A DNA stretch of 64,000 nt from Curvularia clavata (taxonomy: Eukaryota). Shown here in pieces: positions 11,901-24,021 of the stretch. The translations under genes and the position numbers were made by a program. Position 1 is the first letter of the stretch; every line of letters starts with the position of its first letter. Below the pieces are notes generated by a model that saw only the letters and a program-made list of their open reading frames with translations, was not told the origin of the DNA and did no database searches. The stretch covers positions 2,046,001 to 2,110,000 of the forward strand of contig CP089279.1 in assembly GCA_023920165.1 (NCBI GenBank), in the 5' to 3' direction.

Positions 11901-14039
11901 GTCGGCAATGCGGCCGGGATTTACTCCGTTGCGCCGGAGAAGGCAAACCCCGAAATGCTAGAAAATGGGTCTTTTGCGTACTATGGTAGATGCTATGATC
12001 GCTAGTTTGTAGACAGTCTGACGGTAACATTACTCCGAGTCTATGTACCGACTCCTCGCGAATCAGTTCAACAAGAAAGACGCGAACCAAGTACTTGGAG
12101 AGGCTACTGGAAGCCTGTGTATTAGTTAAAGTGGGCGATGTTACCATACTTCGTGTTTCAAAGGGAAAAAAAGAGGGCACAATTGGATCGTCATTTTAGC
12201 ATATAGAGATATGGAGCACAGACTGTATTACCTAGCATGACATTTGGGATAACGAAATACCAAGCACGCGACATTGTCCCACCAGCATGTGTAAACTTTG
12301 GCATCGGTATCCTAGTTGTTAATCCTTTAACGGTTTTCTTAGGAGACCGGGGCTACACAATTGATTGTCCTTAGTCTCTCCGAGAAAACAACGGAGGTAC
12401 ATCCTCATACAACCACAAGTCGTATTACTCGAGATGTCGAATCTTTCCGGCTACGCTAGATCATATCAGTCTCAACACACATCGATAACAAGAAAAAAGT
12501 TTGTTCATGTTGGCCTGCGCTATGGCCTGCCGTTTTGCTACAGGGCTGCTGGGTGAAGCTCAGACCTCTCGCGTAGATATTCACGGTCCAACTTGTGTGA
12601 CATTCTTATCAGCGGTCTTCCTTGTTCTGACCAGTATCCTAACTTGACCACCAGACATGTGCATCTTCCGTGGAATACCCGGATCCTCCTACATACTACT
12701 TCGTATACGTGCATTATGTGCTATAGTGACGGCGTTTAAAACCAAGCTGGACCAACCCAACGGCCTTGCTCCCCCAATCCGGGTTGCCCATTTCAGAACA
12801 ACCATGACCTTGCGCGGCTCAAACCTCTTGGTAATCCTGCAATCCTTCGTTCGCGCCCCAACCGCCGGAGCCTTCATACGCCCGTAAAACCATTGCCGCA
12901 ACATCACGCCACACCGCTTCTTGTTGTTATGGATGGTTTTAGCAGGCCCCCACCTGCATCTTTGTTCGAAAAAAATAGTCGCGGCCTTACGGGCAGCCGG
13001 CGCATTAACTTTCCGTCCGAGCAACGTCGACTCGAACCCCCCCTGGTCTCTGATCACAGCCCCTCCAGCATAGCCCGCTAACGCCCTCGTCGACCAATAC
13101 ATCCCCCCCTTCACATCATCCGCGACGCAAGGGTAAGCCTGTGCACTAGTGCACCGAATATTCGATTCGAGAGTCCACAGACATGGTACGGGCGTGAAGC
13201 CTAGTCTGTACAAGGCTGTGCAGATAACGTGCAGATATGTAGCCGCGGGAGGTAAACTGCTTGTGGCTGGCTGCCAGACACTGTGCTTGGCTGAGAGAGG
13301 AAGAGCGTCTCTATCTGTCTTTCTCGCTGATGATCGGGGCCTAGATCTCTGCGAGCTCGATGATCGACGAATATGCACATTGATTCTAGATCAACAGGTC
13401 CAAGTATCGATGTTGGGGAGCCTCGAACGAAGAAGAGCGGAACAAACGGAAGACTATCAGTCACCATTCGAATTGGTACAGGCCTTCATCAGAACTCTGT
13501 ACCACGGTGACCAGAGTTTCGGGAGCCACATCTTGGAACTGATTGGCGGACATTAAACAGCAAAGCATTCAACTACCATGACGATTTCACTAACTACTAT
13601 GCGCGCAGCAGGATACGAGCAAAAGTCCACAGTAACCCCTATGCCATCTCCACAGATAACGGCTTTGCTACTCAAACCACTCTGTTGTTCCTGCCCACTA
13701 TGTCGCCATTCTGTTAACAGACCCCGTCATCTTACTTTGCGAGTCTCACCCACACCCCCTCCTTAGAACTTGTACCTGAGCCCATACCAATACGAGTAAC
13801 TTTCCAGACCATCTTGGTGTCCGGTCCCCACTGCCATCCTCACTCTTCTCACCTTCTCAGTTTCAACCATGTCCTCCGAACACACTGTCTCGAGAACATC
13901 CTTCCTTTCTCCCCCCACACGAAACTCAGTTACACAGCCACTCAGGTCCCACAGCACACCTACACCGGCACGGTCCTGCGTCTGCATCAATAGCTTAATC
14001 GATAGCTCCCTTTATGCACTGTGACTGTGCCTGCTTTCA

Positions 14040-15340
14040 CCCGCTCACACTTCACACACTGGAGAGCCGTAGTGTAATCTTGGCAAAAAGCCCCAACCTT
14101 TTTACCCCTCACCCACACCTCGCTTTTCAACACGTAGCGCAGGCCAACGCAAGAGCACATGCACGCACGCATCCCGTGGCGTCCTCTCTTTACCCCTCCC
14201 CTCACTGCCCAACCAACAGACGACCCCGCGTCTTCTCACACCTGCAGCAGCGAACCAGACAACCGCGCTTACGCACCCTTTTTTCTTTAAATCTTGTTGC
14301 ACGTCGGCAAGCGTGGGGTCCCCATGCAATCGAAGCTTCTCTAGAGAAAGATGACGGATGACGGAAGACGGAATGCTTCGGCAACAGGCGGTTAGCGCAG
14401 TCCAGCAACGGGATGTATCTTCGATGGCTGTTCTGGAATCATGATTTGCGTCAAGAGGCGTCAAGCCACAGTAAAAAAGTTTTTTTCTCTCGCCCTTCTC
14501 CCGTCGACGAGGGGAAGATGAGGATGAAGATGTGCAAGGCAGCAGAAAGAGGGAATTCTTGCATGTAACCCCATGCTTTGGGACTGGCACTTGCGTGTGG
14601 GACCATACCAGGTGGATACATTGGCATTACTCTCTTCCCGATCAAAACACTGCAATTGCACATGTCTGCAATCTCCCATCTCTCCGGTTCTTCATGCTAC
14701 ACTGCGGATTCGCACGGACTTGGAGGGTGAGGATGTGCGTGTCAAAGCCAAGTCCGACTCCCAGTCCCAGTCCAAGACTTCAAGCCGGCATTTCCCCTCT
14801 CTTTCTCTAGCCCTAACCCCCATGCTACTGTAAGTCAAGTCAGGGCCCTGGGACGTACCAGCTTAGACGAACGCAAACGCATGTTCGTCATTTCTTCTGT
14901 GCTTTTTTTTCCCTTCCACACCTTGCTGCGTTGGGAAGGTAAATAGATAGTGGGTGAGATAAGTAGGCCTAACCCACGTCCCGGCACACCCACGCTAAGA
15001 ACTTTCCATACCTACCATGCATGCGAGCGGCAGTGGAAGAATGTTTGGAAGCACGGCCAAGAAGCACGGACAGAGACAACCAAGAGTCTGGGATGACGAA
15101 AGATAAGGGCGCGTGGGCGCAAACCAGAAACAAGAAGAGTGAAAAAAAGCGAGCATACTTGGGCTATGTGGGAAGGTGCGTTGACAGTTGTGATAGTGGT
15201 GGTGGGCGGTTGTGTGTGAACAAGGGGCTGGGGCTGGGATGGCTGGGGGCGGCATAACGGCCTGAAGCGGGAAGGGAAGGATCGAGCAGGGAAGAGGGCC
15301 GTCTATTCGGAGGTTTTGTTACGTACGGACGTATGTGTGT
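14040..15340 (+). ncRNA. Candidate structured long non-coding RNA (identity unknown)
   Basis: No credible ORF. Several nested 8-9 bp complementary segments and a CCCTAACCC motif; see findings. Confidence 0.25.
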
Positions 15341-15512
15341 GTATTGCTCAACTTCACACACAGGCACCTCCCCTTTTCTTACATAAACGACCGTCGTATA
15401 ATCTGATAGTATTGTCTATTCGGAGCAAAGATTCCAAAAACAGCGATTCGGATATTGAATAGTACTATGTAGGAACGTATTTACGCAAGAAAAGCTTACA
15501 TACAACCTCCGC

Positions 15513-17921
15513 TTACAAGTCCATCATCTCGTCTGCCTCCTCTTCCTCCTTGTAGCTAACCCGAGCGGTAGCAGCTCTTGCAGACTTCTTCCGCGTCGAA
15601 GTAGGCCGTGCGTTTCGCTTGGGCACGGCAAGAGGAGCATCATCGTCCTCTGACCCTACGTCGCTAAGTGGGGGCGAGCTAAGTTGATCGCCGTCTTCGT
15701 TTTCAGAGGAAGCCGATGGTGTTGGCACAGACTTCGGTGCTGGTCTCTTTTTGGTAGACTTTGCTACTGCAGTCCGCTTAGCCCGCGTGGCTTGCTTGGC
15801 TGATGTTGTTGTGGTTGACTTTATGGGTGTCTTGATATCTTCGAGTGGAGCAATCTCACTCGTCACGGAGACCGCGTCACCTGCCGTCTTACGCTTCTTC
15901 TTTGCTGGTGTGATGGTGGCGTCGTCTTTCTTCTTGATGATGCGTTTTGGGGGTCTGAGCCAGTCCTCCATTCCTGGAGGCCAGTACACTCGTCCCTCTG
16001 GTCCTCCCATTCCGACTTCTTCGTCAGGAATGACGGGCGGAGGCTTTTCTTCTTCCTCTACGTCCTCAATCTTTGCGTCCAACTCGTCCAGTTCGTATGT
16101 CTTCTTTTTACTCTTCTTAGTGGCCTTCTTCGGTTTAGGTTTCCATGGCTTATTCTCGTCTTGCCGTGTGTGAGGTATAACGTCGTTGAACGTGTCGAAC
16201 CCTGGGAGCTTGAAAGTCCGCATCAGCTCAAAAACAGCCTGCTCTTTGTCCTTCGCCTCGATCATCAAGTCCATAGTATCAGGGCAAGGAGGCAAGGTCA
16301 TGACACGAGGCGAGTGCTTTCTCCGTGCTGTACGTGTGACCGCAGCGGGCGTAGGCTCAGAATAATGCATCTTGGGTGTGATACCCTTTTTGCGCCATGT
16401 CTCCAGAATGCGCGGATAAAGCTCCATAATGTCTTTTGTGCCCTCGCGAATCTGTGTCTCATCGAAAATGATGTTGTGATGGTGATAGTCGAGCACAAAT
16501 GGGATATTGAGCTCTTCACACAGTGGAAGCAGCTCATGAACTGACCAGACTACGTCGTCGTTCTCAAGCACCAGCCGGTTCTTGACACTTTGAGGAAGCT
16601 TTGCATAGTTCTCTTTGAACCTTTCGATAGCAGCCGGCTTGTCCCCATATGCTCCTCCAAGATGCAAAATCATGACCGCATCACGATCCTGCTGTTCTGG
16701 TAGCTTCAAGAGAGATAGCATCTCGTCGTGATACTCCAAATCTCGTACAGCATTCTCAATGACCTGCTTCCGTGGCGAGCCCAGTTGCGTGAATTGTCCC
16801 GGATGCGTAGTTACTCGATGGCCCAGCTCAGCAATTACTTTGCCCACTTCACGAAGCGTGTCGGCTGCAAAGGGCTCAAGCTTGTAGCCATACTCCTCGT
16901 GGCTCGCAAACGGAAACATCTCGCTGCTCAGTCGCATGAACTTGATACCATACTTGTCGTTCCAGCGCACCATCTTGATAATGTCTCGCGCGTTTGCAAG
17001 TCCTATCTCTTCGACATATCTCATTCCACGCGCAACATCCGCCGATTGCTCTCGATCAGGACGGTTCTTGGTGGCGTGTTCAGGCTGAGAGGGATCCTTC
17101 AGGGGATGGCGATGTTCGAGGATACTCGCAATGCGACAGGTCCTAGAACTGAAGACGGGAGGGTTCGAGCTTCGAAGATATGTGTTGAGACAAGCCTGTT
17201 CGTACTTCAGTTAGATGATATTGGGAATTGCTCGCAGGACACATACATATCCTAATCGCCCTTTCCATGGAAGAGGGAGATAGTCGGAATTCACCGGCGG
17301 AGGTCTTGATAAAGCTTCTTTTGCTTCTGCCTCGTCGCCTTCCTCAGCCTCTGCATCTTCAGGATCACCGGGGATCCCAGTATCCGCTGCAGGTACAGGG
17401 GCGTTTTCAACGACACCGTTAGAAGCCCCGATACTGGTGTCTTCTTCTTCCTCAGTCTTAATTTTCTTTGCACCACCCTTCTTCTGCTTGTTGATTTTAG
17501 CAGCAGCAGCTTCAGGTGCATCACCCGCAGAAGACTTCAGAATAGAGTCTACCGGAGCATCTTCATGCCCATCGGGCGATGCCCGCAACGCAGCAGCCCC
17601 ATCGAGAATCTCAGGGTTAACCGTAGGATCCATTTTTTCAGCTTTGGCACCACGATTCGACTGTCTACGCGTCAACGTCGACACATTCGATGGCAATGGC
17701 ACCTCCGTTTTGCGAAGTTGTGGTTGATCCGTCGACAACGCGGGACTGGCTGCAGTAGGCGTCGTACTTGCAACAGCAGACCTCTTCCTCTTAGACGGCA
17801 TGGCCATATAGCGACAGAAAACGACACTCGGGTTCTGTGAGTAGAGTGGCGCACAAGGCGGAGGTGTAGTTCGGCATGCGACAAGAAGACTGATGCTACT
17901 GCGGTGAAAAGAACGTAGCAT
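15513..17921 (-). CDS. uve1: UV-damage endonuclease UVDE; join(17921..17247, 17195..15513)
   Basis: Motifs LPWKGRLGY|ACLNTYLR, MRLSSEMFPFASH, HPGQFTQLGSP, LVLENDD, VLDYHHH and MIEAKDKEQ. 51-nt intron 17196-17246 GTATGT...CTAAC...CAG. Alternative ATGs at 17807 and 17801. Confidence 0.95.
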
Positions 17922-18090
17922 GTGCCCAAAAAAGCTCTTTGTTCGGCCTACTGCACTTTAAGCAAGCAGTAGATGCGAAAAGGAAGGGGCTGAGATGACC
18001 CATTCTGCGCGCTCCTTGGGCGAAACGCGTCGAGCTCGCCACGACGTCATTAAATTGATGTTCACAGTATGACGATGGTTGTACCTGCGG

Positions 18091-18129
18091 GATCGGCCTC
18101 GGCGCGATCTGCTGCGATTAGCGCGATCT
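18091..18129. promoter_or_regulatory. Putative light-response (White Collar-type GATN repeat) element of uve1
   Basis: GATC/CGATCT/CGATTA/CGATCT cluster within 39 nt, 170-210 nt upstream of the uve1 ATG. Confidence 0.4.
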
Positions 18130-18336
18130 CATCTGCATTCCGTTTCCGTCACCCTTGTCTCAACTCCACTCTACAACATGGCTATTTTGATCTCGATGTG
18201 CATGGTCTTTGTGAATGTGGATGCTTCTCTGCGATTCATTCTGCTAATAGCTTCCCGTAACCATAAGAGTCTTATGCAATGGCATACCATACAACAACCC
18301 AAACTCCGTACACAAAAGAGCTTCAAGCAGAAGCTA

Positions 18337-21300
18337 TCAAATACTAACGAAAAAGCTCTTCTCGCCCTCCTGAGGCTCCACCCATGCACGCTTCAAAATG
18401 GGGTCCGCACAGCTGGTCCTAATGCGTTCAGGTGTAGCAGGAGACACGAGGCGCAAAACAGAAGTTTCGCCAAACTCCGCGCGGGCAGATCGAAGAGCAT
18501 CGCGAATGGCGAAGAAGACACAGCTTCCCATGAAGAGCGGTGGTTCGCCTGAGTCGTTATGGTTAGCAATCATGTTCTTGAGAAAAAATAATACGTCAAA
18601 ACAGCGAAGTTCAGGAGAATAACTTACCAACACCCCTACTCCTCTGAATAGTCCTCAAATTCTCCCAGTTGACGTCTTTAAGCAGACTGACATTGAACTC
18701 CTGCGGAATATCCCTGAAACCCGGAATCTTGTAATTACCCGGCCCCTTTGTCGCAATACCACCAGTTCCTCTCAACCACAGAGACTCTTCCGTGGTAAAC
18801 AGACCCTGACCTTGGACGAAAGCACCTTCAATCTGGCCGTAATCGATAGCTGGGTTAATCGAGCGGCCAACATCCATCTTGATATCCGCGCGCCGACATG
18901 TCCAGTCACCAGTCAGCGTGTCGATTTCCACTTCGGCGGCAGCAACGCCCTGGGTAAAGTAGAAGAACATTTGTCCCGTGTTCTCGCCCCAGACGTAGCC
19001 GATGTCGGGTGTTTTGTAGAAGCCTTGAGCAGACAGATTTACGCGATCAAAGTACGCGGCATGAGCCAGATCTTTCATAGTCGCGTTTGGACCCAGCTTC
19101 TCCCTGAATGGAGCCAGGCGCTCGTTGAGTTGCACACACGCGTTGTGGATGGCGTACCCGTTCAGGTCGGAGGATGCCGACGCCGCGGTGGAAGAAGTAT
19201 TCGCAACAGTGTTCGTGGCTGTTTCGCTGATAAATACGCTTTCGAGGGGTACACCGAGTGTCTGAGCAGCGATTTGCGTCATCTTGGTATGGAGTCCTTG
19301 TCCCATCTCCGTACCACCATGCGCGACAAGAACACTTCCGTCGTGGTAGATGTGTACGAGTGCACCAGCTTGGTTGAGGAAAAGCGCGGTGAATGAGATA
19401 CCGAACTTGGTAGGAATTATAGCAAGACCACGCTTGTTCCACTTGTGTGTCTTGTTCCACTCTTCGATCTCTTTACGGCGCTGTGCGTAGTGCGATTCTT
19501 CCTGGACTTGCTTGTACATTAGTGGCACATACCAATCCTTGATCTCTTGGTTGAAGTGTGTAACCATGTTCGTTTCAGGTGTGTACATGTTGATCTCGCG
19601 GAGGCGCTCAACTGGTATCTTGAGATGGTCGGCAATCTCCTCCATGTACGTCTCAGCAATGAACATGCCCTGCGGGCCGCCGAAACCACGGAAAGCTGTG
19701 TTAGACACGGTGTTCGTCTTTGCGACACGACCGCGGACATAGACACTCGGTATTGAATAGACACCATCGATGTGCGATAGGGAGCGCTCAACAACTGCTC
19801 CAGAAAGATCTTGGCTCCAACCGCCGTTGCAAATGACATCTGCATCCAGCGCTTGTATCTTGCCGTCCTTGTTGACAGCAACTTTCCATCTACCGAGGAA
19901 GGGATGTCGTTGTCCGGAAGTCATAATGTCTTCATCTCGATTGAGCATACAGCGTACAGGTTTACGGACCTTATTCGCCGCACAAGCCACAATGCCAGCA
20001 AGCTGGATTGAGCGTGTCTCCTTGCCACCAAAACCACCGCCCATGCGCTTGACGCGAGTGACAATCTTGTTGGCAGCGACACCAACCACCTTGGACACGT
20101 ATGCTTGGGTCTCGGCGGGATTCTGGGTACTGCTGAAGATTTCCATCTCGCCATCCTCGGGCTTTGGAACGGCCAAACATGCCTGAGTCTCGAGGTAAAA
20201 ATGCTCTTGTCCTCCCATACGTGCAACGCCAGTGAAGACGTAGTCAGCCTCGGCAAATGCTTTTTCCGTGTCTCCCTTCTTGATGTGACGGAAGTGATTG
20301 AAGAAGCTTTCATGCTCAATAGCCTCCTCGATAGTGAAGATAGCTGGGAGTTCCTCGTACTCAATCTTCACTGCCCGCGCAGCTTGCTCGGCGTGTTTGG
20401 CTGTGTCTGCAACGATCATACCAATGGGCTGACCTGCAGTAAAGACCTCGTCGATGGCAAAGAACGTCTCGTCACAAGCCGGTGCGCCCCACCAGTTGGC
20501 CTCTGGCGAAGCCAGGTCTCTGTGGTCTACGTATGCAGCAACACCTGGTAATTCCAGTGCAGCCTCTACGTCTACCGACAACAGCTTTGCGTGCGCTTTT
20601 GTCGAAAGAACCAGGCAGCCGTAGAGCTCGTTTCGTTGCAACGGGATGTCATCGGTATATTGCGCTTCACCCGTGCACTGCTTCATGGCAGCAACGTGAT
20701 TCTTCGACTGGCCGACTTCATTTTGAATGTACGCCTCAGCAGCCTTTTCGTCCCTCTTGCCCTTGCTAATATCTCTTTCAATCTCGCCAATGGCCTGAGT
20801 GTCGACGTCAGCTTCCTCAGCATGTAGCTCAGCCAATACCTCATGGTAGAATTTGTAGAAGAAGCTAAGGGCTAGTGACTTTCTGTAAGTCGCCATACCG
20901 CCTGGCACTCCGAATCGCAGGTCAAAGTCTTGCTCAAGTTGATCCATGACGCCTTCAAGCGTCTTAAGGTCTGTCAGTTTTTTTCCTTGGAGGAACTCCA
21001 TTGCTTTTCGCGCATGTGTGGTTGTTGGCGCCATACCACCGTACACCAGATCCACACTCTCCACCGTATGTTGCTCATCCAGAGAGATCCTCAAAGCAGC
21101 GTTCACAATCGCAATGTCGTCATCCTTCCTCTTCGCCTGCTTGTATGCCCGGATGTACTCGCCCCTTTCCCTTGCAACCGGGATCTTCAAGCTAGCAATC
21201 ACTGCGTCCGGTGGTAACGCAGTCTGCCTGTAGCCCTTGAAGAAGGTCGACATGGGTATCTCTGTTGTCTTCTTGAGGCTCTTAGCAACAAGGGTTGCAT

Positions 21301-22576
21301 TCGTGGCGACGAATACTGGATTGAGATCCGAGATAGGACTTGCCGTGGCCAAATTGCCCGCCGGCGTACCCACATTCCTAATCTGCCTTCCAGCAAAGTA
21401 ACGAATCTGCTTCAGAATGGTTGCAAAGGGCTGGCCCCGTACTGGTCCGTAGTGCTCCAGTGCTTCTTTGCAGATCTCTTCAAGATCCGTTAAGACAACG
21501 TTTCCGCCAATCTCGAGGTGGTCGTCATGCAGCTTGAACTGACGCAGTTCTGGGATATCGCCCACAAAAACTGAAGAGTTGTAGTTCATGCCCTTGAACT
21601 TGATTTCGATTTGCGTCTCCGTCGAACCGCCAATGAGCTTCGCAGACGGATAAGCATCCTTGATCTCCAGTAATTGCTGAAGGGTTGTTGGCCTGTACCA
21701 CCTCTTCTTCTTGTTTCCGAATGCAAGCGGCTTGAATTCGTGTTTTCGTAGTTGAGGAGGGAATATCAATTCTGTGTCGGGCTTGTACTCGATGAATCCA
21801 GGTGGCGTGAACCTCTTGATGGGTTGCTCTTCTCCATCTACCCCATTACTCTTGCAGCAACCTCCGCCATTCGCATTGTTTTTCTCCATACAGCATCCGC
21901 TACCACCATTTGCTTTGGCCTTGCCACAGCCAGTCTGTACACTGAAGCTCTGCGCCGCGTCTAATATCGGCCTGTATCCCGTACATCTGCAGAGGTTGCC
22001 ATCGAAAGCCTCTTCCACTTCGAGCTCGGTCGGTTCGACATTGTTACGAAGCAGAGCATACAAGGACATGACAATACCCGGTGTACAGAAACCACACTGG
22101 CTGCCATTGCCCTTGGCTATCCGTTCCTGCGCTGGGTGTGGTCGCTTTACATTTCCAATTCCCTCGACAGTTATTACGTGCTTGCCATCTACGCTGACGA
22201 GAGGCGCAAGGCATGCGTTTACGGAAGCGTGGTATATCTTCTTCGTGGTTGGATTAATCTGTGACACGACCTGGCACACGGTCAGCCCGCTTGTTCAGAC
22301 TGCAGCCAGTTTCCTTTCCTCCCTTTTGGAAATCCCGAAACATACCACAGTACACGCGCCGCACCCTCCCTCGGCACAGCCCAACTTTGTTCCCGTCAAT
22401 CCGATTCCTCTCAGATACTCCAAGAGCGTAACCTCGGGGTCTGCGCTGTCCAGCACAACCTTTGTTCCATTCAGGTAGAACCGCAGCGTATCGTCATAAT
22501 CCGCCGTGACCTCGTTAAGCGATTTGACTGCCTCGCTTGAGACTGCGGGTTGTGGGGAGACGATTCCAGGTGCCAT
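18337..22576 (-). CDS. hxA: Xanthine dehydrogenase; join(22576..22346, 22270..18628, 18548..18337)
   Basis: 2Fe-2S motifs [22 protein letters not shown] and [12 protein letters not shown] domain [10 protein letters not shown]. Moco motifs [29 protein letters not shown] and SRGVG|EPPLF. Two canonical introns. Confidence 0.96.
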
Positions 22577-24021
22577 GTTTGCCACGCTGCTGCTCTATCG
22601 TGGCAAAGGGAAGATAGAGAGGCGAGACGAAAAGTCCAAGCGCACAGCTGAACGAAGCGAGAAAGAAAAAAAGAAAAGAAAGGGAGGAGAGGAGAAAGTG
22701 AACAAATGTAAAGGTATCGTGAAAAGTATCCCAAGCCTTCTTCCAGCTAGCTACTGTACTACTACTGCCCAGGGTCCTTCGTCCAGGCGCTGTGGGGAAC
22801 GAGCGGAGAGAGAGCAAGCTAGATAGAAATGACTGGTAGAAACTGTTGCTTCGGCGGGCGTACTACTATGTACATGTGCTTCTATCAAAAGCTAAAGCAG
22901 TCAATGGGTAATTTAGTACACAAACCGACAGGCAGACGCACGAATCAGCGTCCATGTGTTTGTGTCTTATCTTGGGACGCGTTCTGGCTGCAGAGGGGTC
23001 CACGCAGGAGCTCGCCGATGGCCGTCAATGGCGCTTCTGCCCCTCCATCCTAGCCCCACCCCGCGGCTCTGTGACATGCACGTGAGCCACAACTCGATTG
23101 GGCCTTGGTGCGATGTGCCGCGACCAGTGGCGAGGTCCGCCTTGGTGAAATAAGGGGAGATGACCGATCCGAGTGTCTATGTCACTTGAAGCATCACATT
23201 GGAAAGCATGGAGTACCTGATATGAATATGAGATATTTTTGTTCAGAGCCGCATGCAGTGCAAGAGCATCATTTTGGTAGTATACTGTACAGGATGGAGA
23301 GCAAGGAAAAGCCTACGCACCCACATAACCCAAGTGGATATGTGCCGTGCCGGCAAATACTAATAAAAACTCCAAGACCACACCCTGTGATCTGCAGAGG
23401 ACAACCGGATACAGTTTCGCATGTGAAGAGGTATTATAAGCATCAAAGCAACAAACGCTTTTGTTGAGAAGAAAGGCCTCGGGAATATTGCGAGATGTCC
23501 TTGGAGATGATGGGTGAACCGAGGGCGAGCTCATGGCAGACGCAGTCAGAGAGCAGACGTGTAGGTGAACAGTGGACTTTGCAAGATTTGCTCGGAAAGC
23601 GGCGATTGCGCCGTCCATGATCATGTGAAGATGGTAGCATGAACGCATAGCTATCGGCACAACCCGTAGGTTTAGAAGCTCAGTCATCCATACAGCAGGC
23701 ATAGATCAATCCATGATCGGCTCACGCAAAGTAGAGACGACGATGATATCCTTTTGTACGCACAGTCAAAAACCAGACTAGCGTGGACGGTATGGTTGAG
23801 GACAGCCAGTGGATGGAGGAGCATGAAGTGCAAATGGGTCATCCGCAAGTCATGAAAGCATCGGCTATGCGCAGATCAAGAAGTCGAAAAATAGGGTCCA
23901 GGGAAATCGGGTATAGTGGTCATGCCAGGCGGAGCAAAGATCCAAGCATGGGTCATGCAAACATGCAGCAATCGGCGAAGTTCAGCAAGATGTGCAGCGG
24001 TCACAGCGACTAGATGGCAAC

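Noticed and set aside
22600..23400. UaY site (TCGG-N6-CCGA) in the hxA promoter
   Set aside because: I saw no exact match, only scattered GATA cores.
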